NCBI GenBank assembly: GCA_963725865.1
Contig: CAVSAC010000014.1
Span: 128,001 to 192,000, forward strand
Length of the DNA stretch: 64,000 nt
Direction of reading: 5' to 3'
Source: Candidatus Eiseniibacteriota bacterium
GTDB lineage: Bacteria > Eisenbacteria > RBG-16-71-46
In this document: positions 50,734-60,593 of the stretch, one piece after another
Position numbering within the stretch: the stretch's first letter is position 1
Layout of the letters: the number at the start of each line of letters is the position of its first letter
The notes under the pieces: generated by a model
Databases searched by the model: none
Told to the model about the DNA's origin: nothing
The model's input: the letters and a program-made list of their open reading frames with translations, nothing else
Made by a program: the position numbers and the translations under genes

Positions 50734-51510
50734 CTACGCCATCCAGCGCGGCTTGCGCTTCTCGAAGAACGCCGCGAGGCCGTCCTTCGCCTCGTCGCCC
50801 GCGCGCGCCTCGGCGAGCGCGCGCGGCAGCGCCGCGCGGTACTCGTCCCACCCGGCGTCCGACCACATCGCGAGCAGCCGCTTGATGCGCCGCTGCGCGG
50901 CGGGCCCGCCGGCGAGCAGCGCCTGCACGCGCTCGCCGACCGCCGCGTCCAGCTCGGCGGCCGGGACCACGCGGTTCACGAGCCCGATGCGCAGCGCGAC
51001 GTCGGGGCCGAAGCGCTCGCCGGTCATCATCAGCTCGCGGGCCGCGCGGTCGCCGAGGCGGCGCATCACGTAGGGGCTGATGATCCCGGGGATGATGCCG
51101 AGCCGCACCTCGGTCAGCCCGAAGCGCGCGTCGTCGCTCGCGACCGCGAGGTCGCAGCAGCACACGAATCCCACCCCGCCGCCGTACACCCCGCCCTGCA
51201 CCCGCGCCACCACCGGCTTGGGGAACTCGGCGAGGATCGCGAACATGCCGGCAAGCCGCTCGGCCTCCGTGAGGTTCTGGTCGAACGAGGCGTGGGCGCT
51301 CGCCTTCATCATGCCGAGGTCGGCGCCGGCGCAGAACGACGCGCCGCGCCCGCCCAGCACCACCACGCGCACCGCGTCGTCGTGCTCGAGCGCGTGCAGC
51401 GCCCCGACCAGCGAGACGCCCAGCTCGGGCGACAGCGCGTTGTGCTGCTCGGGACGGTTGAACCACAGGTGCGCGACGCCGCCGTCGCGTTCGGTCTCGA
51501 CCAGGGACAT
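50734..51510 (-). CDS. Enoyl-CoA hydratase family (methylglutaconyl-CoA hydratase-like)
   Basis: FCAGADL, GGGVGFVCCCD, FGLTEVRLGIIP, FFEKRKPRW. Confidence 0.9.
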   Translation of the reverse strand: MSLVETERDGGVAHLWFNRPEQHNALSPELGVSLVGALHALEHDDAVRVVVLGGRGASFCAGADLGMMKASAHASFDQNLTEAERLAGMFAILAEFPKPVVARVQGGVYGGGVGFVCCCDLAVASDDARFGLTEVRLGIIPGIISPYVMRRLGDRAARELMMTGERFGPDVALRIGLVNRVVPAAELDAAVGERVQALLAGGPAAQRRIKRLLAMWSDAGWDEYRAALPRALAEARAGDEAKDGLAAFFEKRKPRWMA

Positions 51511-51524
51511 GGGGACCTCCGGGG

Positions 51525-52394
51525 TCAGGCCAGCGCCAGTGCGATGACGCCGCTCGCGAACGCGGCGGCCGCGATCAGGCGCCGGCGACGGTCGCCTTCG
51601 CCGAGCACGTGGCCACCGAGGAATGCGCCGATCAGGATGCTCAGCTCGCGCGCGGGCGCGATGTGGCTGACGGGCCCCGCGCGGAACGCCAGCAGGATAA
51701 GGATGTACGAGAGGGGACTCAACAGCGCGATGCCGAGCACGCGCCCGCGCGGCCCACGCCACAGCGCGGCCACGCTCGCGCGGTCGGCGAGCGCCGCCGG
51801 CGTGAACAGCAGCACGCGCACCAGCTCGCCGCCCCAGTAGAACACCAGCGGATGCACGCCCGCGTGCTTCACCGACCAGCCGTCCCACAGCGTGTAGATC
51901 GCGATCAACACCCCGGTCGCGAGCCCGTAGCGCAGGCCCGGCGCCAGCTTCGCCGCCGCGGCCGGGTCCGGCCGCCACGTCAGCACCAGCACGCCCAGCG
52001 CGATCAGCACCGCGCCCCCCACGCTCAGCGCGGTCGGCCGCTCGCCCAGCCACGCGATCGCGCCGGCCGCCGCGAGCAGCGGCCCGGTGCCACGCGCGAC
52101 CGGATAGACCAGCGACAGGTCGCCGACGCGATAGCCGCGCAGCAGCAGCAGGAAGTAGACGATGTGGATCACGCCGCTGCCGAACATGACGCCGAGTGTC
52201 AGCGGCGTCGGCTGCCAGTGGGTCGCGATCGCGAGTCCGAGGGCGACCGGCGCGTAGGCGAGCGCCGAGAGCCCGGTGAGCACCCACATCAGCGGCCCGC
52301 TGCGCACGCCGGGGCCGATCTGCTTGGTCCACAGGTTCCAGGTGGCGTGCACGACGGCCGACGCGAGCACCAGGGCGAGCGTGGCGAGCGTCAT
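51525..52394 (-). CDS. EamA/DMT transporter
   Basis: HATWN, GDLSLVYPVARGTGP, APARELSI. Confidence 0.9.
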   Translation of the reverse strand: MTLATLALVLASAVVHATWNLWTKQIGPGVRSGPLMWVLTGLSALAYAPVALGLAIATHWQPTPLTLGVMFGSGVIHIVYFLLLLRGYRVGDLSLVYPVARGTGPLLAAAGAIAWLGERPTALSVGGAVLIALGVLVLTWRPDPAAAAKLAPGLRYGLATGVLIAIYTLWDGWSVKHAGVHPLVFYWGGELVRVLLFTPAALADRASVAALWRGPRGRVLGIALLSPLSYILILLAFRAGPVSHIAPARELSILIGAFLGGHVLGEGDRRRRLIAAAAFASGVIALALA

Positions 52395-52425
52395 CGGGTG
52401 GCCGCGCCGGCGCGCGCGCGCGGCC

Positions 52426-54051
52426 TCACGGCGCGCCGGGCCCGGGCGCGACGCGCGCGTCGCGGCGCAGCTCGGCCAGCAGCCCGCGCAGGGTGTCCTC
52501 GCCGGCGCCGCCGGCCACCACCTCCTCGAGGTACGCGATCGCCTGCGGCCGCAGTCCCGCGGACGCCCACGAGCGTGCCAGCGACAGCTCCGCCGCCAGG
52601 CCGTAGCCGTGGACCTCGACGTGGCCGTTGACCCAGTTGGTGACCAGCAGGTGGCGCGCGAGATCGGGCGTCCAGTGCTCGGTCATCCGCAGCTCCTCGA
52701 CCTGCGGCAGCAGCACGCGGACCGCGCGGCCACTGTCGAGCGCGACGAACAGGAAGTCGTAGCGCTCCCCCGCCAGCCGGCCGTCGCGGACCGCGCGGCC
52801 GGTGGTCGCGCTGATCACCTGTCCGCTCGCGGGCGGCAGCATCCAGGCGATGCGCGCGGGGCGGTCGCCGACCGCGCGGCGCAGGTCCTCGATGGCGTTG
52901 CGCGCGAACACCATCTTGCGCAGTGCGGTGTCGAGCGGCAGGTCCAGCGAGGCGATCCACGCCGCGTGCCGCCGGGTGATCGCCGACTCCGCGTGCACCG
53001 CGTGCGCGAGCAGCAGCACGCCGGCGAGCGCCGGCGCCGCCCAGCGCCGGCGCGGCGCGCGCGACGCGGCGGTCGCGGCCCCGCCCTCGAACGGCAGTAG
53101 TACCAGCGCCGCGAGACCCAACGCGAGGAACGCGAACGGGGCGTACGCGTAGTGCGCGTGCTGCGCGTGGAGAAGCGGCAGCACCGGCGCCAATCCGAGG
53201 ATCCAGCCGGCCAGTCCGATGGCCGGCAGCCGCGTGCGCCGCCAGACGGCGATCGCGGCGATGGTCATGAGCGCCAGTGCTGCCGCGCCGGGGACCGCGC
53301 CGCCGGGGGCGGCTGGGTCCACCACCACCGGCCGAGGGTCGATCACCGCCCCGGTGTAGCGCAGCAGGTGGGTGACGATGTGGAGTCCGAACGCGCGCGC
53401 GTAGGCGGTCCCGCCGAGCGCGGTGCGCGTGGCGCCGCTTACCACCAGCACCGCGCCCCACAGTATTCCGAGCGCCGCCAGCGTGCCCCAGCGCCGCCAC
53501 GCGATCCCCGCGCCCGCCGGGCGCAGCAGCGTGGCGAACGGCAGCAGCGTGATGCTCTCCTTGCTAAGCAGCGCCAGCGCGAACGCGCCCGCCGAGGCGT
53601 CGGCCGCGACGGCATTGCGGCTGCCGATGAGCAGGACGCTGAGGAGCGTGAACCCGAGCGCCAGCACCTCGCCCACCGAGCTGGCGGGATAGACGGCGGT
53701 GAACGCGAGCCGGCTGGTGCCGAACACCCCCGCCGCCAGCATCGCCACCGAGCGCGAGGCGCCGAGCCGGCGCGCGACCGCGAACAGCAGCACGGTGTCG
53801 ATCCCGTGCAGCAGCCACACCACCAGGTGGTAGGGGAACGGCGCGGCGCCGAACAGCCGGCTGGCCGTGGTCCAGTAGGCGGTGCCCGACAGCCAGCGCC
53901 ACGGCGTGGTGAGCCCGGGCGTCAGACCGCGCGCGCGAGCGAGCAGCACGAAGTCATCCGGCGCGAAGAACGCGTCGAGGGCACGCCGGTACACCGTCCA
54001 GGCGAGCGCCAGGCAGACGCCCGCGGCGAGCGCGCTCGCCAGGCTGGGCAC
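52426..54051 (-). CDS. Polytopic membrane protein, GT-C-like (start uncertain, possibly 54132)
   Basis: FFAPDDF after TM1, PFPYHLV, ALLSKES; many TM segments. Confidence 0.7.
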   Translation of the reverse strand: MPSLASALAAGVCLALAWTVYRRALDAFFAPDDFVLLARARGLTPGLTTPWRWLSGTAYWTTASRLFGAAPFPYHLVVWLLHGIDTVLLFAVARRLGASRSVAMLAAGVFGTSRLAFTAVYPASSVGEVLALGFTLLSVLLIGSRNAVAADASAGAFALALLSKESITLLPFATLLRPAGAGIAWRRWGTLAALGILWGAVLVVSGATRTALGGTAYARAFGLHIVTHLLRYTGAVIDPRPVVVDPAAPGGAVPGAAALALMTIAAIAVWRRTRLPAIGLAGWILGLAPVLPLLHAQHAHYAYAPFAFLALGLAALVLLPFEGGAATAASRAPRRRWAAPALAGVLLLAHAVHAESAITRRHAAWIASLDLPLDTALRKMVFARNAIEDLRRAVGDRPARIAWMLPPASGQVISATTGRAVRDGRLAGERYDFLFVALDSGRAVRVLLPQVEELRMTEHWTPDLARHLLVTNWVNGHVEVHGYGLAAELSLARSWASAGLRPQAIAYLEEVVAGGAGEDTLRGLLAELRRDARVAPGPGAP

Positions 54052-54135
54052 CGCGCGGGCGCGCCGCTCCCCTGCGCCTGCACGCACGGAGCGCGGCGGC
54101 GGAGCGGGTCGCGTGCGACGCGCCGGCCGCACGGC

Positions 54136-55744
54136 CTACATCCGGAACACGCCGAACTTCATCGCGGCCACCGGCGCGCCGAGCGTCGAGGCGAGCGCCA
54201 GCGCGAGCACGCTGCGGGTCTCGGCCGGGTCGATCACGCCGTCGTCCCACAGCCGCGCGGTCGAGTAGTACGGGCTGCCCTCGGTCTCGTACTGGTCGAG
54301 GATCGGCTGCTTGAACGCGCGCACCTCGTCGTCGCTCATGCGCCGGCCCTGGCCCTCGAGCTGCGTCTGCTTCACCTGCGCCAGCACCGAGGCCGCCTGC
54401 TCGCCGCCCATCACGCTGATGCGGCTGTTGGGCCACATGAACAGGAAGCGCGGCTGGTAGGCGCGCCCGCACATGCCGTAGTTCCCGGCGCCGAACGAGC
54501 CGCCGATGATGAGCGTGATCTTGGGCACCGGCGCGTTCGCGACCGCGTGCACCATCTTGGCGCCGTCCTTGGCGATCCCGCCGTGCTCGTACTGGCGGCC
54601 GACGATGTAGCCGCTGACGTTCTGCAGGAACAGCAGCGGCACGCCGCGCTGGGACGCCAGCTCGATGAAGTGGGTCGCCTTGAGCGCGCTCTCGCTGAAC
54701 AGCACGCCCTGGTTGGCCAGGATCGCGACCGGGATGCCGTGCAGGTGCGCGAACCCGGTGACCAGCGTGGTGCCGTAGCGCGCCTTGAACTCGTGGAAGC
54801 GCGAGCCGTCCACCAGCCGCGCGATCACCTCGCGCACGTCGTACGGCGTGCGCAGGTCGGGCGGCAGCACGCCGTAGAGCTCGGCCGGGTCGTACGCCGG
54901 CGGCTCGGGCTCGCGCAGCTCGACCGCGGGCCGCGGGCGCGCGCCGAGGTGCGCGACGATCTCGCGCGCCATCTCGAGCGCGTGGCTGTCGTCGTCGGCG
55001 AGATGGTCGGCGACGCCCGAGATGCGCGTGTGCACGTCGCCGCCGCCCAGCTCCTCGGCGCTGACCTCCTCGCCGGTCGCCGCCTTCACGAGCGGCGGCC
55101 CGGCGAGGAAGATGGTGCCCTGGTTCTTGACGATGATGGCCTCGTCGCTCATCGCCGGCACGTAGGCGCCGCCCGCGGTGCACGAGCCCATCACCACCGC
55201 GAGCTGCGGCATGCCCGAGCGCCGACATGCGCGCCTGGTTGTAGAAGATGCGTCCGAAGTGGTCGCGATCGGGGAACACTTCGTCCTGCAGCGGCAGGAA
55301 CGCGCCGCCGGAGTCCACCAGGTAGACGCACGGCAGGCGGTTCTCGAGCGCGATCTCCTGCGCGCGCACGTGCTTCTTCACGGTCATCGGCAGGTAGGTG
55401 CCGCCCTTCACCGTCGCGTCGTTCGCCACCACCATCACCGTGCGCCCGTGCACGGTGCCGACGCCGGTGATCACGCCCGCGCTCGGCGCCTCGTCGCCGT
55501 ACAGGCCGTTCGCGGCCAGCGCCGACAGCTCGAGGAACGCGGTGCCGGGATCGAGCAGGCGCTCGATGCGGTCGCGCACGAACAGCTTGCCGCGCGAGCG
55601 GTGGCGCACGACCTGGTCCTCGCCGCCGCCGCGCTTGGCCGCCTCGAGGCGCAGGCGCAAGTCGGCCGCGAGCGCGCGGTGGTGCGCGGCGTTGGCCTTG
55701 AACTCCTCGCTGTGGACGTCGAGGTGCGACTCGAGGATCTCCAT
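54136..55744 (-). CDS. Carboxyltransferase subunit, methylcrotonyl-CoA carboxylase beta-like (frameshift near 55215)
   Basis: [51 protein letters not shown]. Confidence 0.93.
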
Positions 55745-55785
55745 CGGGGCTCCCGGTGTGGGTGGAAGACGCGGGAGGTATAGCA

Positions 55786-55819
55786 GAGGCCCCCGGCCGT
55801 TCCAATGGCCGGGGGCCTC
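55786..55819. terminator. 13-bp hairpin after the DinB-family gene
   Basis: gaggcccccggcc ... ggccgggggcctc. Confidence 0.55.
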
Positions 55820-55846
55820 GCGATCCGACTGCCGACTGCGGCCGGC

Positions 55847-56377
55847 TCAGCCCTGGGCGCGCTTGGCGGCCATCGCCGCGCGCATGGCCGCCAGCTCCTC
55901 GCGGTTCGGCCCGTACAGCCCCGGCGGCGTGCCGCCGGCGAGCCGGCAGAGCAGCACCAGCTGTCCGAGGTGGTGGATCGAGTGCTCGAGCATGGCGCCC
56001 CACAGGATCTGGCGGATCGCCATCGGGCGCTCGCCGAAGAAGAACACCTCGCGGTCGAGATCGGCGTTCTTGAGCGGTCGCACGCGTGCGAGCGCGTCCT
56101 GGCGGATGCGCTCGAAGCCCGGCGCGAGCGCCTCGACGGTGCGCGGGCGCTCGAGGTTCGGGATCTTCTCGCTACCGTCGACGCGCCCGGCCTCGACCGC
56201 GCGCGTGGCGTACGCGTCGACCTCGGCGAGGTGCCACGCCACCTCGCCGAGCGAGCGGCCGCCCGGGTCGGGCCGGAAGTCGTAGCCGCCGGCCGGCAGG
56301 CTGCGCATCGTGGCGATCACGTTCTTCGCCTGGCGCTCCCAGGCCTGGTTGAACGCCTGCAGCTCATCGTTCCACAT
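55847..56377 (-). CDS. DinB/DUF664-family protein
   Basis: FRPDPGGRSLGEVAWHL, EHSIHHLGQL, PPGLYGP. Confidence 0.9.
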   Translation of the reverse strand: MWNDELQAFNQAWERQAKNVIATMRSLPAGGYDFRPDPGGRSLGEVAWHLAEVDAYATRAVEAGRVDGSEKIPNLERPRTVEALAPGFERIRQDALARVRPLKNADLDREVFFFGERPMAIRQILWGAMLEHSIHHLGQLVLLCRLAGGTPPGLYGPNREELAAMRAAMAAKRAQG

Positions 56378-56499
56378 CGATCCTCCTCCGCGTCGTACGC
56401 GTCTCGGCACCGGCGCCGAGACTAACGGCGCGGCGCGGCGGATGGAAGGGGCAAGCCGGCCGGGCAGTGGATCGGCTCAGGCCGCGGTGGTGTCACGGT

Positions 56500-56625
56500 T
56501 CATCGGTAGTGCTCCAGGTAGTAGAGGGCTCCGAAGGCGAGCTGGAAGATGTGAGCGGCCGTGCCCTCGTCCGGTTGGGGCGGCTGAAAGTATCCGCTGA
56601 TCACCGTGACCAGTGCCGTCAGCGA
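56500..56625 (-). pseudogene. Remnant of a small membrane-protein gene
   Basis: Reads SLTALVTVISGYFQPPQPDEGTAAHIFQLAFGALYYLEHYR*; protein-like but has no convincing start. Confidence 0.45.
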
Positions 56626-56666
56626 CGGCGGGGCGCCTCGTCACGCCGCCCCGCCGCGCGATCCGC

Positions 56667-57920
56667 TCAGGCGCGCGTAGGGGCCGCCGCCGTCACGCCG
56701 CGCTCCCAGTCCATGCGCCCGGTGTACTGCATCATCACGAACAGCGTGAGGACGGCGCCGATCGTGATCGCGAGCCCGGTGTAGCCCTCCCAGAAGAAGC
56801 TCACCGAGAACAGCACCAGGAACACCAGCTGCGCCAGGCCGAGCACCCTCAGCGCGAAGCCCCAGCCGGTGAACAGCCGCGCGTAGCTCACCACCAGCGC
56901 GATCGAGGTCGCCGCGGCGAGCACGAACGACGGCACGATCGCCACGTGGTCCACGAGGTAGGCGAACAGCAGGTGGAATGCGAAGAACGCGCAGCCGATG
57001 AAGAAGTAGTGCATCAGGTGGAGCGCCTGCCGGGTCGTGTGGCTCACGATGCCGACCACGAAGAAGAAGAACAGCAGCCCGACCGGCGCGAAAAACGTGA
57101 TGCGCGCGGCCAGCGGCCCGGGATTCATGCGGTTCGGCAGCAGCAGCCCGATCGGAGCACTCGCCACCAGCCGCTCGAAGCGCCAGGTGCCGCGCCAGTG
57201 CTGCCCGCTCCGCGCCTGCGTCGAGGGCGCGATCGAGCCCGGCGCGAAGTCGACGTTCGCCACGTCGGTGTCGAGCGTGAGCGTGAAGTCCCGCACCTCG
57301 CCGGCGCCGTCGGTCGGGCGGTAGCTCCAGCTCGAGGTGCCGCGCGAGCGGTAGCGCACTTCGAACGTGCGGCGCTCGTGCGGCTCGAAGCGGGCCGTCC
57401 AGCGCGCCTGGTCGCCGCCGATCGTCGCGGCCAGCCGCTCGCCGCGCGAGTCGCGCACGTCGAAGCCGTCGTAGATCGTGCTCTCGCCCGCCAGCGGGAA
57501 GCGCAGCGTGAGGTCGCGGGCCTCCGCGGTCGGGTTGGTGAACGCGTACTGCCCGACGAACTCCACCGCGTACGTCGGGAACCACAGCAGGCCCTTGCGC
57601 CGGTGCGTGAGGTCGAGCTTCACGGCGAGCGCGGAGCGGTCGAGCGGCACCTCCACGGGGCAGGGCTCCATGCGCACCTCGTCGACGGTCACGCGCTGGC
57701 CGGGCGCGACCTCGCGCACGGTCTGCACCGTGCGCGGCTGCGGCACATCGTAGCTCGCGGCGGGCCGGCCCTGCTCCATGGGCTTGCCCCACAGCAGGTG
57801 TACCTCGCGCTCGAGCGCGCCGGACATCTGGCCGGTGCGCGCCACCAGGGAGCTGCCCAGCACGGTCCAGGCGAAGGTGCAGCCGAGCCACACCAGGAGG
57901 AGCTGCGGGAAGCGTTTCAT
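56667..57920 (-). CDS. CreD-like inner membrane protein
   Basis: N-terminal TM, periplasmic RRKGLLWFPTY domain, C-terminal six TMs with LHLMHY, FHLLFAYLVDH, GYTGL. Confidence 0.75.
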   Translation of the reverse strand: MKRFPQLLLVWLGCTFAWTVLGSSLVARTGQMSGALEREVHLLWGKPMEQGRPAASYDVPQPRTVQTVREVAPGQRVTVDEVRMEPCPVEVPLDRSALAVKLDLTHRRKGLLWFPTYAVEFVGQYAFTNPTAEARDLTLRFPLAGESTIYDGFDVRDSRGERLAATIGGDQARWTARFEPHERRTFEVRYRSRGTSSWSYRPTDGAGEVRDFTLTLDTDVANVDFAPGSIAPSTQARSGQHWRGTWRFERLVASAPIGLLLPNRMNPGPLAARITFFAPVGLLFFFFVVGIVSHTTRQALHLMHYFFIGCAFFAFHLLFAYLVDHVAIVPSFVLAAATSIALVVSYARLFTGWGFALRVLGLAQLVFLVLFSVSFFWEGYTGLAITIGAVLTLFVMMQYTGRMDWERGVTAAAPTRA

Positions 57921-57999
57921 CGGTACTCCATCGGGTCGTGGAGTGCTCGCGGTGTGCGCGACCCGGCGCGCCACCGCGCGGCAAGGGAGTGGGGACGGG

Positions 58000-58737
58000 T
58001 CAGGCGGAGGCGGCGACGCCGTCGCCGTCGCCGAGGCCTCCGAAGCGGCGCTCGCGGCGGCGGAAGTCGGCGAGGGCGGCCGTCAGCTGGGGCTCGTCGA
58101 AGTCGGGCCACAGCACGGGCGTGAACCACAGCTCGGCATAGGCGCACTCCCAGAGCAGGAAGTCGCTCAGGCGCTGCTCGCCCGCGGTGCGGATCAGCAG
58201 ATCCACGTCGCGCGCGGCAGCCGCGTGGGTGGCGGAGGCGAGCGCGGCAGCGAAGCGCTCGCGCGTGACCGGCTCGGGCCCGGCGCAGCCCGCGGCCGCG
58301 CGCGCGATCGCCTCGCGCGCCGAGTAGTCGATCGCCACCCGCAGGTCGAGCCGCGTGCCGCCCGCGGTCGCCTGCTCGGCGCCCGCGATCGCCTCGCGCA
58401 GCGGCAGCGCGATGCGGTCGCGGCGGCCGAGCACCTGCAGCCGCACGCCCTCGCGCACGCAGGCCGCCGTCTCGAGCGCCAGGTACTCGCGGAACAGCAC
58501 CATGAGCGCGCGCACCTCGGGCTCGGGCCGCCGCCAGTTGTCCGCCGAGAACGCGTACAGGGTGAGCGCGTCGATGCCGAGCGCGGGCGCCGCGCGGACG
58601 ACGCGGCGGACCGCCGCGAGGCCGGCGCGGTGGCCGATCGCGCGCGGCAGTCCGCGCCGGGTGGCCCAACGGCCGTTGCCGTCCATGATGATGCCGACGT
58701 GCATCCCTGCGCACGATGGGGAGGCGGGGTGCGACAT
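58000..58737 (-). CDS. uppS: cis-Prenyltransferase (undecaprenyl diphosphate synthase family)
   Basis: HVGIIMDGNGRWA, YAFSADNWRRP, DLLIRTAGEQRLSDFLLWE, RERRFGG. Confidence 0.93.
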   Translation of the reverse strand: MSHPASPSCAGMHVGIIMDGNGRWATRRGLPRAIGHRAGLAAVRRVVRAAPALGIDALTLYAFSADNWRRPEPEVRALMVLFREYLALETAACVREGVRLQVLGRRDRIALPLREAIAGAEQATAGGTRLDLRVAIDYSAREAIARAAAGCAGPEPVTRERFAAALASATHAAAARDVDLLIRTAGEQRLSDFLLWECAYAELWFTPVLWPDFDEPQLTAALADFRRRERRFGGLGDGDGVAASA

Positions 58738-58760
58738 GATGGACGGTCCCTCCGTTGGGG

Positions 58761-59384
58761 TCAGACGCCCTGCAGGGCGAAGAACGTCTTCTTGTGGAAC
58801 AGGCTGGCCTCGCTGCCGATCGTCACGAAGCCGGGCTCGACGAGGTCGTCGACCAGCAGGCGCAGCCCGGTCGCGTCCGGATCGGGCCGGAAGCGCAGCG
58901 TCGCCTCGTACGCGGTGCCGGGCGCCAGCCGCCGAGCGAACGGCGGGAAGCGGTCGTCCGCGCCGGGCACCCCGGCGCTCGACCACTCCGGCGTGTAGCG
59001 GCGGCCGCGCGCGTCGAACAGCGCGGCCCGGAACGTGCGCGGGTCCTGGATCGCGCGGAGCGCGTCGCTGCGCAGCTGCAGGGTGACGAGCAGCGCGCCG
59101 TCGGGCTGGCGCGCCACCGGACCCGCGACGCGGAAGTGCAGGTGCGGATCGAATCCCTCGATGGACTTCTCTTCGCCCGGCGGCAGCACGCGCTCGCGGC
59201 TCGCGAGCGCCACGCCGATCAGACTCACGGCGTAGAGCACGACCACGGCACCGGTGCCGGCCGCGGCGATGCGCGCCAAGCCGAATCTTCGTGTGGCCAG
59301 CGAGAGGATCGTGAGCGTGAAGCCGAGTGCGGTGGTGAGCACCGCGCCGACGAGCAGCAGATCGCCGAGACCGGACTGCAGCAT
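58761..59384 (-). CDS. Membrane-anchored hypothetical protein (2 TMs + Ig-like domain)
   Basis: GGAGG RBS; two hydrophobic helices; C-terminus IGSEASLFHKKTFF. Confidence 0.75.
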   Translation of the reverse strand: MLQSGLGDLLLVGAVLTTALGFTLTILSLATRRFGLARIAAAGTGAVVVLYAVSLIGVALASRERVLPPGEEKSIEGFDPHLHFRVAGPVARQPDGALLVTLQLRSDALRAIQDPRTFRAALFDARGRRYTPEWSSAGVPGADDRFPPFARRLAPGTAYEATLRFRPDPDATGLRLLVDDLVEPGFVTIGSEASLFHKKTFFALQGV

Positions 59385-59430
59385 GATCGAGATCCTCCGG
59401 TGCGGGTGCGGCACCCGCAGATAGTGAAGT

Positions 59431-59447
59431 GCTTTGTATTGCAGAGT
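59431..59447. promoter_or_regulatory. Putative operator, copy 1 (consensus ACTTTG-N5-CAAAGT)
   Basis: GCTTTG-TATTG-CAGAGT in an AT-rich patch upstream of the hypothetical-uppS-creD genes. Confidence 0.55.
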
Positions 59448-59505
59448 GACTGGGCAAGCCGAGTGTCGTTCGCGCGCGACGCGGGACCGCTCGCCCGCGC
59501 GGCGC

Positions 59506-59886
59506 TCACTTCGCGCGGGCGGCGCGGATCAGGGCCTCCATGTGGTCGAGATAGCGGTGCAGCGCGCGCCGGCCGGCCTCGGTGAGGCGGTACTCGGTGC
59601 GCGGCACGCGGCCGTCGAAGGACTTCGAGCAGGCGACGTAGCCGGCCTCTTCCAGCCTGCGGGCGTGCACGCTGAGGTTGCCGTCGGTGGTCTTCAGGGC
59701 GAGCCGCAGCTCCACGAACGTGAGCGTGGCCCGGGTCGCGAGCGCGCTCACGATGCCGAGCCGCAGGCGCTCGTGGATCAGGCGGTCGAGCTCCATCGTG
59801 CCCTCGGCGCCGCCCTCGACGGCGGCGAGGCGGGTTGCGCGCGGGCGGCGCGCGCGGCTCGTGCGGGCTGCCGCGCTCCTAGCCAC
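59506..59886 (-). CDS. Winged-helix transcriptional regulator (HTH_34/ArsR-like; alternative start 59796)
   Basis: LDRLIHERLRLGIVSAL, TDGNLSVHARRLEEAGY, PRTEYRLT. Confidence 0.92.
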   Translation of the reverse strand: MARSAAARTSRARRPRATRLAAVEGGAEGTMELDRLIHERLRLGIVSALATRATLTFVELRLALKTTDGNLSVHARRLEEAGYVACSKSFDGRVPRTEYRLTEAGRRALHRYLDHMEALIRAARAK

Positions 59887-60493
59887 CGTGCCTCCGCCAC
59901 ACCACGAGGCCGAAGCCGACGTGGAGCGCACCGAACGTCAGCGCCATCGCGAGGTCGCTCCACGCGGGTGGCTCGAACAGCGCGGCCAGTCCGGCGAGCG
60001 CGAAGCAGCCGCCCATCACCGGGATCGCGCGCACCGAGAACGTGCCGCCGGCCAGCGCGGCCACGCCGTAGAGCAGCATCCAGAGCCCCGGCAGCAGGTC
60101 GAAGCGCTCGGCGCGCACCAGCGCGAGCGTGATCGCGACCGCCGCCAGCACCGGCGGCAGGAACGCGAGCGCGAAGCGGCGTCCCGAGCCCACGAGCAGC
60201 GGCGATTCCGCGGCGCGCGCCTTGAGCGCCATCGCCGCCAGACCCACGCCCGCGGCGAGCGCTCCGGCGCCCAGCCAGGTCGTGAGCCAGGCGCGCGGCG
60301 CGTCCTGGCGGGCCGCCACCAGCGCCGCCGCGATGCCGATCGCGCCCATCGCCACCATGCCGCGGCCCGGCACCGCGGTGAACGCGGTCGAGGCCTCCAT
60401 GGTGGAGCGGATGAACCGCAGGCTCTCGAGCGCCTGGTCGTGCAACGGCGCGGGCGGTTCGAGCGGCGGGCGCGTGGGGCGGGGCGCGGACAT
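59879..60493 (-). CDS. Conserved multi-pass membrane protein coupled to the wHTH gene
   Basis: ALESLRFIRSTME, LPGLWMLLYG, TFGALHVGFG..WRRHGG. Confidence 0.8.
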   Translation of the reverse strand: MSAPRPTRPPLEPPAPLHDQALESLRFIRSTMEASTAFTAVPGRGMVAMGAIGIAAALVAARQDAPRAWLTTWLGAGALAAGVGLAAMALKARAAESPLLVGSGRRFALAFLPPVLAAVAITLALVRAERFDLLPGLWMLLYGVAALAGGTFSVRAIPVMGGCFALAGLAALFEPPAWSDLAMALTFGALHVGFGLVVWRRHGG

Positions 60494-60503
60494 GGCGAAG
60501 AGG

Positions 60504-60551
60504 ACGATAGCCGGGGGACGAGGCGTCGTCAAGGACTTTTTCGCACAAAGC
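60504..60551 (-). promoter_or_regulatory. sigma70 promoter plus operator copy 2
   Basis: TTGACG-N17-TATCGT (60532-60504); ACTTTT-TCGCA-CAAAGC at 60535-60551. Confidence 0.6.
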
Positions 60552-60593
60552 AGATGCGGCGTGCCGCCGCGCCCCGCCCGCGGGCGGCGTCGG

